64,000 nt of DNA from Alphaproteobacteria bacterium (lineage in GTDB: Bacteria > Pseudomonadota > Alphaproteobacteria > Rickettsiales > SXRF01), in contig JAGVLO010000014.1 of assembly GCA_020049775.1 (NCBI GenBank), forward strand, positions 65,945 through 129,944. Reading direction: 5' to 3'. The position numbers and the translations under genes were made by a program. Under the pieces are notes generated by a model, which made no database searches, was not told where the DNA came from, and saw nothing but the letters and a program-made list of their open reading frames with translations. How positions within the stretch are numbered: position 1 is the first letter of the stretch; the number at the start of each line of letters is the position of its first letter. Below are positions 36,425-45,789 of the stretch, in pieces.

Positions 36425-37518
36425 GCCGCCACCTCCGCGTGTAATTTGAAATTGTATTTTGCTTTGAGCTTATCAAACACCTCTTTGAAAAGTTCCGTGT
36501 TATCAGGATTCATTACTTCCGTCTGATAATGATAAACCTTTTGGTGAGAGAGAGTATTGATGATCCGAGTCACTTGTTCAGTGTCTTCGATCCCTATCTG
36601 GTTAAGCACATACCCAAATTGTCCAACACCTAAGAACGAAGCGATATTCTCAAGAATCTGGCGCAACAGTGCAAAATGGAACGTGTAGAGCTGTTCGGCC
36701 TGCGCTTTTTCCAGTGTTTGCAGTAAGTGCAAATGATATAGGAAAACATCGTTCTTTGGACTTTCAAGCGTCAAATCACCCGACTTCTGGCTCAGGATAA
36801 AGAGCTTGGTTAGCTTCCTGTATCTTTCACTTTTGTCGCCTTTGGTCAGCCAATCCGCAAGGATTGAGAAAAAGCCAATGTGATGGGTGGTGATGATAAA
36901 TTTTCTGTTTTTGTAGTGCGTTTCAATCAAATCATAAAGGGTTGAGGCAGTGATGAAGATATTGTGATCATCTAAGCTAGAAACAGGATCATCAATAAAG
37001 AAGTGGCTGGATTGCTGATCTGTCCAGCCCTCAACCTCGAACAAAGCCAAAAAGAAGCACCAAACGAAAATGCGTTCTTCACCTCTGGAGATTTTTATTC
37101 TTTTTCTGTCGGGGTCATCTGGCAAAAAGAAGAATATCGACTCAATCCCATCCACTAAATTGGCATGAAGCACAAATTCAAAATCATACTGTGGCTTGAA
37201 TGGCTTTAGCTTCTCACGGACTTTATCTTCATCTATAAAGCTATGATATTGATTTAAGCTACTCCCATTCACAATCAGCTGGGTTTCTGGTTCATTCTCC
37301 CACACAAAAAGGTCTTCGCTGTAAGCATTATAATAAACGCCCGTGTGTTGCTCTTCCTGCTTGGTTGCATCTTTGTACGCCACTGACAGGCGAGTCTTTC
37401 CAGTGGCGTTAAACGCATAAATCAAGACGATTTTGACGTCTTCCTCTCTCGCCGCCCCTCTGTCGTGAATAGTATTTTTTAAGTCTTTTAATTGGCCTGC
37501 GATTTCTGAAAGTTCCAT
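36421..37518 (-). CDS. PrrC/Rlo-like ABC-type ATPase embedded in the hsd operon (putative anticodon nuclease)
   Basis: Motifs: Walker A AFNATGKTR; ABC-signature-like ISRGEERIF; Walker B FFIDDPVSSLDDHN; and ITTHH. The C-terminal LLRQILEN...NTLSHQ gives an R-x3-E...H arrangement like the Arg/Glu/His anticodon-nuclease triad of E. coli PrrC as I recall it. It sits between hsdS and hsdM, as prrC sits inside the EcoprrI locus. Confidence 0.55.
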   Translation of the reverse strand: MELSEIAGQLKDLKNTIHDRGAAREEDVKIVLIYAFNATGKTRLSVAYKDATKQEEQHTGVYYNAYSEDLFVWENEPETQLIVNGSSLNQYHSFIDEDKVREKLKPFKPQYDFEFVLHANLVDGIESIFFFLPDDPDRKRIKISRGEERIFVWCFFLALFEVEGWTDQQSSHFFIDDPVSSLDDHNIFITASTLYDLIETHYKNRKFIITTHHIGFFSILADWLTKGDKSERYRKLTKLFILSQKSGDLTLESPKNDVFLYHLHLLQTLEKAQAEQLYTFHFALLRQILENIASFLGVGQFGYVLNQIGIEDTEQVTRIINTLSHQKVYHYQTEVMNPDNTELFKEVFDKLKAKYNFKLHAEVAA

Positions 37519-37521
37519 TTC

Positions 37522-38730
37522 TTAGCCCTCACTTTCATTTGAGGGGACAGGGAAGAGTTGCTGCATCAGCCCTATTTTATGACCTCGCAGCGCATCGAGT
37601 TTTTGGCTTTGGGCGGCGATGAGATCGTCGATAGAGGATAATAGGTCAGCAATATATTGCTGCTCTTTTTTGCTCTTTGGATAAGGTATCGGGATGCTCT
37701 TGAGTTTTCCCAGAGTAAGCTTAGGAGGTGCTTTACCCGTCGTAAATGGAGTAATATCAAGTCTCACCAGATAATTTTCCAATAGTGTGTCGTTGATTTC
37801 TATTGGTTTTAATACGTGGGCATGGTTGTTAACCCAGTATTTGCCATCCGCTATAAATGCTGTTTTCTCATATGCTCCCCACTTTGCGCCATCTTCTCCA
37901 ACTAATACCAATCGTTCATTGAAAATATAGTCATCAATGTAGTCAACAATGCCGCTTGCGCCGTAATAGGGATATTCGCCTTTTTCTCTGTACTCGCTTG
38001 AGATCGGTTTTCTACGATTATTAAGAACATCGCAAACTTTCTCTAAAGGTTTAAAATTCCACTCTGGGGCGTCCTTAAACTCAGGAAAGCGGCGTTTGGG
38101 CAGGGTTTCACCTTCGGCGGGGAAGAGTTCCTGCATCAGCCCTTTTTTATGACGCTGAAGGGCATCCAGCTTTTGATCTTCCACCTCGATCAACTCGTCC
38201 AGCGATGTCAAGCAATTGCTTATGCGTCGTTGCTCAGGTAGAGAAGGTAATAGCGTTTTCCAAGAACGAAGGACATTCAAATACAGCCTTGTTCGAGTTC
38301 CGCCTTTCTTTTGTTCAAAAGCAAGCTGCTTAAAGTCGTCACCATAGTTCAATTTATATAAAAGGAATTCTGCGCTTAGATTTACTGTTTTGAAAACAGG
38401 ATATTCCTTACTAACAGCTATAGAAGAACCAGTCTTATTAATGTTAAATTTGAATGATCCATCATCACTCATATGGCGATAAACAAAGTAATTTTCTGGC
38501 ACCACGCCATATTCGCCCTCATTAGCTAATTCTCTGTTGTCAAAGTAATCTTTCTGAAGTTTAAGTCCTGTTCTGGTTGAGCTATAAATCGGAAGTTCAG
38601 TGCTGGCGGACACTCTTTCAGCATATTCTTCTAAGTAGGGGGCTAATGCTTTATATTCCCAGTCACCGCTAAACTCAGGAAATCGTAGCTTAGGCCGAAC
38701 AACTTTCTCGCTCTTGGTTTTATTGCTCAT
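37522..38730 (-). CDS. hsdS: Type I restriction-modification system, specificity subunit S
   Basis: Two target-recognition domains are each preceded by (L)R/KFPEF and followed by the conserved helices LPEQRRISNCLTSLDELIEVEDQKLDALQRHKKGLMQELF and KKEQQYIADLLSSIDDLIAAQSQKLDALRGHKIGLMQQLF. Confidence 0.92.
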   Translation of the reverse strand: MSNKTKSEKVVRPKLRFPEFSGDWEYKALAPYLEEYAERVSASTELPIYSSTRTGLKLQKDYFDNRELANEGEYGVVPENYFVYRHMSDDGSFKFNINKTGSSIAVSKEYPVFKTVNLSAEFLLYKLNYGDDFKQLAFEQKKGGTRTRLYLNVLRSWKTLLPSLPEQRRISNCLTSLDELIEVEDQKLDALQRHKKGLMQELFPAEGETLPKRRFPEFKDAPEWNFKPLEKVCDVLNNRRKPISSEYREKGEYPYYGASGIVDYIDDYIFNERLVLVGEDGAKWGAYEKTAFIADGKYWVNNHAHVLKPIEINDTLLENYLVRLDITPFTTGKAPPKLTLGKLKSIPIPYPKSKKEQQYIADLLSSIDDLIAAQSQKLDALRGHKIGLMQQLFPVPSNESEG

Positions 38731-41716
38731 AGGCGTTTAACCCCGATATGGTGCGCCCGTGGGAAAGTTTGTGCAGCAGTGGGGCCAAATCCTCTACCAA
38801 TGCCAGCTCTTTCTGTGTGCGGTCTTTCCAGCCCAGTTCCAGCGGTGCCAGTAATTCACTCAGTTGTTCGCCATCAAAAATCATGCGACGGAGAATACCA
38901 TCCACAAATTCTTGTAGGCTGGCAGCTTCCAGCCCGTGCTTATCTGCAATCACGGCCAGCGCCTTGGCATTTTTTCCCGCTTTGAAGTTGGCGTAACCAT
39001 CGCGGATTGCTTTCTCGCTCAGGCCTTCGCCTTCCTTTAGGGAATAGATGTACTCCTTAATGTCCTCATGCTCATCCATAAACTTAGCATCAGAGGCAAT
39101 GAGGCCAATCAACTGATCGCGGCTCATTTTCAGTTTACCCTTGGTGCCTTGGGAGTATTTGGCAATCAGTGCCATGATGTAGTCATAATCAATCACGGCG
39201 GAGGCAAAGAGCACGAACTCAAAATCCAACTGCTGCACTTCGGGCGAGGTATTCTCGCCGCCCTTATCCTGCTGGGCTTTAAGGCGCTGCGCGGTTTCGA
39301 TATACACGCCCTTGAAGCCTTGTAGCTGCTCTTTAGGGATCACCTGCTCGATGGTTTGTTTCTGCTCGTCGTTCAGGTCGGTGTATTGATCCAGCTGGGT
39401 TTTGAGGCGCTGCACATCCTTAAACAGGTTGATGAACTGGCTGCGTGCGGCGTCGCCTTTCAGGTTTGGCACATCCTCTGGCTTGTTTTCCAGCCCTTGT
39501 GATTTCATGAACTCGTCGAGGTTCTTGATGGCTCCATCAAGCTTCGCAATCACCACCGGCGCTTTATCCACCAGCCAAATTTCCTTGGCTTGTTCAGAGC
39601 TTGCGCCAGAAAACAGCGCAATCGCAGTATTCACGGCATCTTCTTGCTGCCGGAACTCAAGGATATTGCCATAGGGCTTGGTATCGTTCAGCACACGATT
39701 TGTGCGCGAGAATGCCTGAATCAGCCCGTGGAATTTGAGGTTTTTGTCCACATACAGGGTGTTCAGGTATTTGGAATCAAAGCCCGTAAGAAGCATATCC
39801 ACCACGATCACAATGTCGATCTTCTGCGCGTGTGGGAAATCTTGGTTAGGGTATTGCTGGTCTTTGATACGTTTCTGCACATCCTGATAATACAGATCAA
39901 ACTCAACAATGCTGTGGTTGGTTTTGTAGCGTTTGTTGTAATCCGCAATGATGGCTTTTAGCGCGGTTTCTTTTTCTTTGGGGTTTTTCTTGTTGTCTTC
40001 TCTTTCCTGCGGCAGGTCTTCCTGCATTTGCTTGGCGTCATTACTGCTTTCGGCGGGGGGAGAGAACACGCAGGCGATGTTCAGCGGCTGAAAGCCTTCA
40101 GTTGTTGGCTGCCTTTTATTCTGAATGTCCTTGAAAAGATTGTAATATTCAATCGCATCATTGATCGACGCGGTAGCCAGAACAGCATTAAACCTGCGCC
40201 CGTTGGTTGCGGCATCGTGTTTTTCAAGAATGGCCTCAACAACTGCTTTCTTTAACGGAGGATCTCCGGGTTTGGCTTTCTGCACGCCTTCTGGCTTGTA
40301 GTAATCGATATGGAAGCGCAGCACATTGCGATCTTCAATCGCGTGAGTAATGGTGTATTGGTGCAGCTGCTTTTGGAAGATGTCTTCTGTAGTTTTATAG
40401 GAAGCCTGCTCACCTTCAACCTGCTGATAGGTAGCGTTTTGTTCAAAGATTGGTGTTCCCGTGAAACCAAACAGCTGGGCATTGGGGAAGAATTCTTTGA
40501 TAGCTTCGTGACTGTCACCGAACTGCGAACGATGGCATTCATCAAAAATAATCGCCATACGCTTGTTGCTCAGCGGTTCAAGGCGCTCTGTATATGTTTC
40601 CTTGCCCTGCTTTTGTTTTGCTTTGTTTCGTTTGCTGTTTTCGTTCAGTGCCAGCCCCAGCTTCTGGATGGTGGTGACAATTACTTTATCGGCATAATCA
40701 TCCGATAGCAGGCGCTGCACCAGTGTTTCGGTGTTGGTGTTTTGCTCAACGCAGCCCTCTTGAAAGCGATTGAACTCTTCACGGGTTTGCCGGTCGAGGT
40801 CTTTTCGATCTACCACGAAGAGGCATTTTTCAAGGTCTGGATTGTCCTTTAGTAGTGTAGATGCCTTGAAGGATGTCAGGGTTTTGCCGCTGCCGGTAGT
40901 GTGCCAGATGTAACCATTGCCACAGCGTTGGTGGATGCACTCCACAATCGCTTTCACCGCATAGATCTGGTAAGGGCGCATCATAAGCAGTTTCTGCTCG
41001 CTGGCAACCAGAACCATATATTGGCTGATCATTTGCCCAAGCGTGCATTTGGTGAGGAACTTCTCGGCGAAATTATCAAGCTGGGTGATTTTCTTGTTGT
41101 CCTCGCTGGCGAACTGGTAAAGCGGCAGGAAGCGTTCATCCGCATCAAAGCTGAAGTGGCGGCTGTTGTTGTTGGCGAAATACCAAGTATCTGTGCGGTT
41201 GCTGACGATGAATATCTGTAGGAAACACATCAGCGTTTTGCCGTAACCATTGCCGGGATCGTTTTTGTAATCGACGATCTGCTGCATGGCGCGGCGCGGG
41301 GTGATCTGTAGGGTTTTCAATTCCACCTGCACGACCGGCACGCCGTTAATCAGCAGAATTACATCATAGCGATGGTGGCTGTTGTCTGTGTTAATCCGCA
41401 GCTGATTGATCACTTCAAAGGTGTTTTTGCACCAGTCCTTGATATTCACCAGCGTGTAATTCAGCGGTGTTCCGTCATCGCGTTCAAAGCTGTTGCGCTC
41501 TCTTAGCGTGCGTGCGGCAGCATACACATCTGGCGTGACGATGATTTCCAGTAAACGTGAGAACTCGTTATCTGTGAGCTTAACCTTGTTAAGTTCCTCG
41601 AACTTTTCGCGGAAATTTCTTTCCAGCGCGGCGCGATCACGAATATCATCGCGATAAAGGTATTTAAGATCACTCAGTTTGCTGATCAGATCTTGTTCAA
41701 TTTGTTGTTCTTTCAT
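38720..41716 (-). CDS. hsdR: Type I restriction endonuclease subunit R (helicase-nuclease)
   Basis: An N-terminal HSDR_N-like region is followed by SF2 helicase motifs HTTGSGKTLTS and IFDECHRSQ, then TGTPIF. Total 998 aa. It overlaps the hsdS start by 11 nt. Confidence 0.93.
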   Translation of the reverse strand: MKEQQIEQDLISKLSDLKYLYRDDIRDRAALERNFREKFEELNKVKLTDNEFSRLLEIIVTPDVYAAARTLRERNSFERDDGTPLNYTLVNIKDWCKNTFEVINQLRINTDNSHHRYDVILLINGVPVVQVELKTLQITPRRAMQQIVDYKNDPGNGYGKTLMCFLQIFIVSNRTDTWYFANNNSRHFSFDADERFLPLYQFASEDNKKITQLDNFAEKFLTKCTLGQMISQYMVLVASEQKLLMMRPYQIYAVKAIVECIHQRCGNGYIWHTTGSGKTLTSFKASTLLKDNPDLEKCLFVVDRKDLDRQTREEFNRFQEGCVEQNTNTETLVQRLLSDDYADKVIVTTIQKLGLALNENSKRNKAKQKQGKETYTERLEPLSNKRMAIIFDECHRSQFGDSHEAIKEFFPNAQLFGFTGTPIFEQNATYQQVEGEQASYKTTEDIFQKQLHQYTITHAIEDRNVLRFHIDYYKPEGVQKAKPGDPPLKKAVVEAILEKHDAATNGRRFNAVLATASINDAIEYYNLFKDIQNKRQPTTEGFQPLNIACVFSPPAESSNDAKQMQEDLPQEREDNKKNPKEKETALKAIIADYNKRYKTNHSIVEFDLYYQDVQKRIKDQQYPNQDFPHAQKIDIVIVVDMLLTGFDSKYLNTLYVDKNLKFHGLIQAFSRTNRVLNDTKPYGNILEFRQQEDAVNTAIALFSGASSEQAKEIWLVDKAPVVIAKLDGAIKNLDEFMKSQGLENKPEDVPNLKGDAARSQFINLFKDVQRLKTQLDQYTDLNDEQKQTIEQVIPKEQLQGFKGVYIETAQRLKAQQDKGGENTSPEVQQLDFEFVLFASAVIDYDYIMALIAKYSQGTKGKLKMSRDQLIGLIASDAKFMDEHEDIKEYIYSLKEGEGLSEKAIRDGYANFKAGKNAKALAVIADKHGLEAASLQEFVDGILRRMIFDGEQLSELLAPLELGWKDRTQKELALVEDLAPLLHKLSHGRTISGLNAYEQ

Positions 41717-41765
41717 TATTAATCCGCCTGCGCCATATCCTGCCCTATAACTGATTACCTGTTAT

Positions 41766-42848
41766 TTATAGACTATCAGCGGCAAGTTTCAGCAATTTCT
41801 TTAGTTGTGCTGTATCAGCATTTTCTTGCTTCTTCAAACCCTTAATGATTTCACATTGCCGGTACGGTTCGATCTGTCCATAACTGCCCCAAGTGGTCAG
41901 CACACTTTCATGCCCTAGATTTTGGCTCCATGCCTTAAAATCTTCGGGGGTTTTGCAGTAATCCTTTGCCACATGCCCTAGCGTATGCCGAAAAGAATGG
42001 GGGTTGAAATAAGGCAGCCCAGCCGCTTCAAATGCCTGTCGGAATATTTTGCACATCGGAGCGGCAGTACTCCAGTGTTCTTTGCTGAGTCCATCCGGCT
42101 GAAAGCCGTTGATGACATCTGGAACTATGCGGGTTTTGGGAAACAATGGGTCATCCGGGCTGAACAATTTTTCCTTCACCAGATATTCCGCCCATTCCAA
42201 TACAACCGCCTTGAAGTCATCCCCTATAGGGAAAAACCCAGTAATAATGGTTTTGCTACGCTTTGTATGTACCTCATCCGGGTACTGTGTTACCATCCAC
42301 TTGTGAGTGTCCAGATGTTTCAGGCTCATGGATATAATGGCGCTATCCCTTGCGCCAGAGACGATAGTAAATGCTATCAACGCCCGGTTACGTTTCTGAA
42401 TATCGGTATCGGCAGGCATGGCCTGTACCGTTGCCCGGATTTGTTCTAAGGAAGGAAATGGTCGTAATTTCATGCTATGCGCTATTTTTACATCTCTTGC
42501 TGTAAGGTTCAGGTAGCCAATATCGAGCGGGTCTATTTTTGATTTATAACCATCTTGCATGGCTAGCCATTTAAAAAATTCCTGAATGCTCCTGACGGTG
42601 GAAAGCATGGTTGCCTTGGTAAGTGGAGCATCGCCACGGGCAGTTTTTAGTCCCATCAGGTGCTTCTTGAACCCTACCGCCTGTTCCCTGTTGAAAGTGG
42701 AAAAATCCTTGAAGTTATTATATTCTTCAAAACGCCGGATGGCTTTGCAGATGCCGTCAATGGCACTTTCACTCTTGCCGTCCACCTCAATCCGATAGCG
42801 ATAGTATTCTTCCTTAATTCGTTCATTTCTAGCAGTGTAATTTTTCAT
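41766..42848 (-). CDS. Tyrosine recombinase (phage-integrase family), second recombinase of the island
   Basis: Catalytic-domain landmarks: IVSGARDSAI (Arg), HSFRHTLGH (H-x-x-R), and GHESVLTTWGSYG (His...Tyr). Confidence 0.85.
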   Translation of the reverse strand: MKNYTARNERIKEEYYRYRIEVDGKSESAIDGICKAIRRFEEYNNFKDFSTFNREQAVGFKKHLMGLKTARGDAPLTKATMLSTVRSIQEFFKWLAMQDGYKSKIDPLDIGYLNLTARDVKIAHSMKLRPFPSLEQIRATVQAMPADTDIQKRNRALIAFTIVSGARDSAIISMSLKHLDTHKWMVTQYPDEVHTKRSKTIITGFFPIGDDFKAVVLEWAEYLVKEKLFSPDDPLFPKTRIVPDVINGFQPDGLSKEHWSTAAPMCKIFRQAFEAAGLPYFNPHSFRHTLGHVAKDYCKTPEDFKAWSQNLGHESVLTTWGSYGQIEPYRQCEIIKGLKKQENADTAQLKKLLKLAADSL

Positions 42849-42863
42849 GGTTTACCGGCTCCT

Positions 42864-43367
42864 CTATAACTCACAGTTAACGGGGGAATGGCCACACGCT
42901 ACTATGTGTTCCCCCTGTACCGTTTGGACATTGAAGATTTTTTGGTATTCAGGGATTTTTTTGATGGAGCCGCCCCGGTTCATGGCGGTGTTACACACGG
43001 CGCATAATCCGGTGATATTAAGCTGCTTTGGATTGCGGATTATCAGGTCAACGGTGTTTTCCCATGCTGGTTGTGGCTTCCGGCATTTACAGCAATAAAG
43101 TTCATTGGGTTTGCACGTATGTTTCCGGGTGGATTGCTTGGCGTTCAAATGATCAATGAGGGTGCTCCCATGTACCCTCTGAGGTTTTTGCTCGTCAATA
43201 TAGGGCAGTCCCCACCTATGCACGGCGTTGGGATGTAGCTTGAACAAGTCAGCCACTCCCTGCACTGTATAGCTACGATTGCGTCTAATCAGGCGTGTGT
43301 TATAGGTGCGCTTCTTTTTCGCCACTGACCACCCCACACTATTGGGCGGGTATGTTGGTTTTTTCAA
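42864..43367 (-). CDS. Hypothetical protein with a putative HTH and a Cys-rich (zinc-ribbon-like) C-terminus
   Basis: 167 aa with the cysteine pairs CCKCRKP...CAVCNTA. It overlaps the alpA-like ORF by 29 nt. Confidence 0.45.
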   Translation of the reverse strand: MKKPTYPPNSVGWSVAKKKRTYNTRLIRRNRSYTVQGVADLFKLHPNAVHRWGLPYIDEQKPQRVHGSTLIDHLNAKQSTRKHTCKPNELYCCKCRKPQPAWENTVDLIIRNPKQLNITGLCAVCNTAMNRGGSIKKIPEYQKIFNVQTVQGEHIVACGHSPVNCEL

Positions 43368-43545
43368 TCAGGGTGCGGATGTCTTCGGCACGCCATGCGG
43401 TGATGCGCTCACCCAGCTTTACGGCTTTTGGATAACGGCCAGTTTTAACACCAGCCCACCATGTAGATTTGCTCACGGGAATAACGGCAAGCACGGCAGG
43501 GAGCCGCATAAAACCAGTGGAAGGAATGGAAGAATTGTTTTGCAT
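43339..43545 (-). CDS. alpA: AlpA-family phage/island transcriptional regulator (excisionase-like HTH)
   Basis: FMRLPAVLAVIPVSKSTWWAGVKTGRYPKAVKLGERITAWRAEDIRTLI matches the AlpA/MerR-type pattern (RLPEV...S.ST.Y......FPKP.KLG.R...W...E...W). Confidence 0.85.
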   Translation of the reverse strand: MQNNSSIPSTGFMRLPAVLAVIPVSKSTWWAGVKTGRYPKAVKLGERITAWRAEDIRTLIEKTNIPAQ

Positions 43546-43751
43546 AGTGCTACTCCGTTTGTTGAAGAACAGTCGGAGTTATGCACGTCCAGCAGCAATA
43601 GAATAGATGGGCGGGTTCAAAAAAACTTGCCCACGCAAAATGCCGATAATCCCCTAGGGTTCATTAAGAACAGGTGGGGTGATAAAACGTAAGAAATTAA
43701 ATTCAAAATTAGATAACCAATATATTACAGTACTATAAATGGGTGGGTAGG

Positions 43752-44378
43752 TTATCCATCATTGCCAGGTGTTTTTGCCACCCCGCCGCTAGGTTTCCAA
43801 TTAGCTACCTTTGCTATCTCCTCAATTCCTTGTTCATTTGGATTTCCATCTTCCTTGGTCAAGCCATATTCACCTGCGTGTTCGCGAAGCCATTTTTCTA
43901 TCGCCTGTTTGGGCGTCCTTCCTTTTAGTGATGCAGGGTTTTCGCTGACTGCTTTCCATGCGCCCATAGCTGCTGCCAATTTGGCCGCATAATAAGGGTT
44001 GTCTTTGGAAAGGTAGTCAGGACTTTCATCTTCTCCAGGCGGGAAGAAAAAACCTTTCGTAAAACCGCGCTTTTTCAGAAACTGTTTTACAGAAAAAACG
44101 GATAGTATTGTGTTATTAATGTCTACACTATTGGGTATGTCTCCACAGGGAACGCCATTAAAATCATGGTCTATGAGCGGCACTAGTTTTGCCTGAATGT
44201 CGCCTCGTAGTATGGCATGTATAAGAGCCGTTTTCGCTGGTTCATAACCGATTGGGCGGCGAGCCATATCCCAATTTTCTATATTGTCATTTTGGGAAGG
44301 GTCTTCATCCACAATAAGAAGGGCTGCCTGTTTTACAGTGAGCTCATCACACAATCGCCAATAATCCATGCTTTCCAT
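43752..44378 (-). CDS. Hypothetical island protein (208 aa)
   Basis: ORF between the integrase and alpA on the same strand. No motif recognised. Confidence 0.5.
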   Translation of the reverse strand: MESMDYWRLCDELTVKQAALLIVDEDPSQNDNIENWDMARRPIGYEPAKTALIHAILRGDIQAKLVPLIDHDFNGVPCGDIPNSVDINNTILSVFSVKQFLKKRGFTKGFFFPPGEDESPDYLSKDNPYYAAKLAAAMGAWKAVSENPASLKGRTPKQAIEKWLREHAGEYGLTKEDGNPNEQGIEEIAKVANWKPSGGVAKTPGNDG

Positions 44379-44406
44379 AGTTCCCCCCGTGATAATGGGG
44401 TGCAGC

Positions 44407-45663
44407 CTATATCTTGCAGGATTTCCTTACAATATCCTTTTGCCGTCTGGCTCCTGCATCTAGATAATCTGCCCACCATTGCATCATTTTTTGGCGTTCG
44501 GGTAGGTACTCGGCATGGTTATAGGCTCCCCTCACTTTGTTGCCCTGCACATGAGCAAGTTGGCGTTCTATAGCATCACCTTTAAATAAGCCACTTTCGT
44601 TAAGTATGGTAGATGCGGTATGCCGGAAACCGTGCCCAGTCGTACGGTTATGATAGCCCATGCGATAAAGTGCATAAAGCACTGCATTTTCGCTCATGTG
44701 TTTGATTGGTTTATGGGGGTTGGGGAATACATATTTCCACTGTCCATTGAGTAACTTGAGCTCTTTGAGTGCAGCAACGGCTTGTTTTGAGAGCGGCACA
44801 ATATGCCCACGGCGCATTTTCATACGCTCGGCTGGGATACGCCACTCGGCTTTATCCAAATCTATTTCATCCCAAGTAGCCCCGCGTAGTTCTGTAGTGC
44901 GTACAAAGGTAAACATTAGTAGCTTTACGGCCAGCTTGGTTTGTAAATTACCGTCATAAGCTTCTAATTTTTCCAAAAATTCCGGCAATTCAATTTCTTT
45001 AAGATGGGCATAATTCTTTTTGACATGTGTCTTGAGTGCCCCTTTCAGGTCAGTAGCAGGATTCCGTTCAACTCGACCAGTGGCAATGCCATACATAAAA
45101 ATTTGGCTGCAATATTGCATTGCACGGTTGGCGAGTTCTAGCGCCCCGCGTTTCTCAATGATGCGTATTACGGACAACAGTTCGGGAGCGGTAATGTCTT
45201 TAATGGGGCGGCTGCCCAGCTTGGGGAAAAGGTCGTTTTCAAGCCGTTTATTCAGAAAACCTGTATAGCGTGGCGTCCAGGCAGCACTTTTCGCAGCAAT
45301 CCATTCACGTGCTATTATTTCAAAGTTGTTTTCGGCTGAGACCAGTGCCTGCCGTTTCACGGCCTTCCGTGTCTCGGAAGGGTCTTGCCCATCAGATACG
45401 AGTTTACGGGCATCTATAAGTTTGAGCCGCGCTTCTGCGAGACTGACTTCAGGGTATACGCCCAAGGAGAGTGATTTTTCTTTCCCAAGATAGCGGTATC
45501 TATATGCCCAATACTTACTGCCATTGGGGTAAACCAGTAAGGCAAGACCGTTGCCTCCACTTAGTTTTTTGACGCTTTTACCAGGCTTTGCGCTTTTGAC
45601 CGCTATATCTGTGAGTATTTTCATAATGTGGGTGAAAGAGTTTATGATTTTGGTTTCACCCAC
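44407..45663 (-). CDS. int: P4-type (DUF4102-containing) tyrosine integrase adjacent to tRNA-Gln
   Basis: LTDIAVKSAKPGKSVKKLSGGNGLALLVYPNGSKYWAYRYRYLGKEKSLSLGVYPEVSLAEAR is the classic N-terminal arm-binding domain. The C-terminus has TTGHGFRHTASTILNE and LAHVQGNKVRGAYNHAEY. The real start is probably MKILTD at 45624. Confidence 0.93.
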   Translation of the reverse strand: MGETKIINSFTHIMKILTDIAVKSAKPGKSVKKLSGGNGLALLVYPNGSKYWAYRYRYLGKEKSLSLGVYPEVSLAEARLKLIDARKLVSDGQDPSETRKAVKRQALVSAENNFEIIAREWIAAKSAAWTPRYTGFLNKRLENDLFPKLGSRPIKDITAPELLSVIRIIEKRGALELANRAMQYCSQIFMYGIATGRVERNPATDLKGALKTHVKKNYAHLKEIELPEFLEKLEAYDGNLQTKLAVKLLMFTFVRTTELRGATWDEIDLDKAEWRIPAERMKMRRGHIVPLSKQAVAALKELKLLNGQWKYVFPNPHKPIKHMSENAVLYALYRMGYHNRTTGHGFRHTASTILNESGLFKGDAIERQLAHVQGNKVRGAYNHAEYLPERQKMMQWWADYLDAGARRQKDIVRKSCKI

Positions 45664-45730
45664 ACTTTAACCCACATTCACCCACAGATGTCAACAATTC
45701 ACATCGTAGCTGGCTGGACAATAAACCCAC
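45628..45730. promoter_or_regulatory. Cluster of five (T/A)(T/A)(C/A)ACCCAC motifs between the int start and the tRNA (putative arm-type integrase/Xis binding sites or int operator)
   Basis: Copies: tttCACCCAC 45654-45663, tttAACCCAC 45666-45675, attCACCCAC 45676-45685, ataAACCCAC 45721-45730, and an inverted copy GTGGGTGaaa 45628-45637. The inverted copy forms a 10-bp perfect inverted repeat with the 45654-45663 copy. Confidence 0.45.
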
Positions 45731-45789
45731 TAAATTGGCTGTTTTTATGGGTTAAATCGGACTATATCGTCCATTGCCGGATTAAATTT

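Noticed and set aside
37551-38185. Direct repeat inside hsdS (GGAAGAGTT(G/C)CTGCATCAGCCC...(T)TTTATGAC... at about 37551-37615 and 38121-38185) as a possible phase-variation shufflon
   Set aside because: These are the normal conserved central and C-terminal helices of a two-TRD HsdS. I saw no second or partial hsdS copy in inverted orientation in the window.
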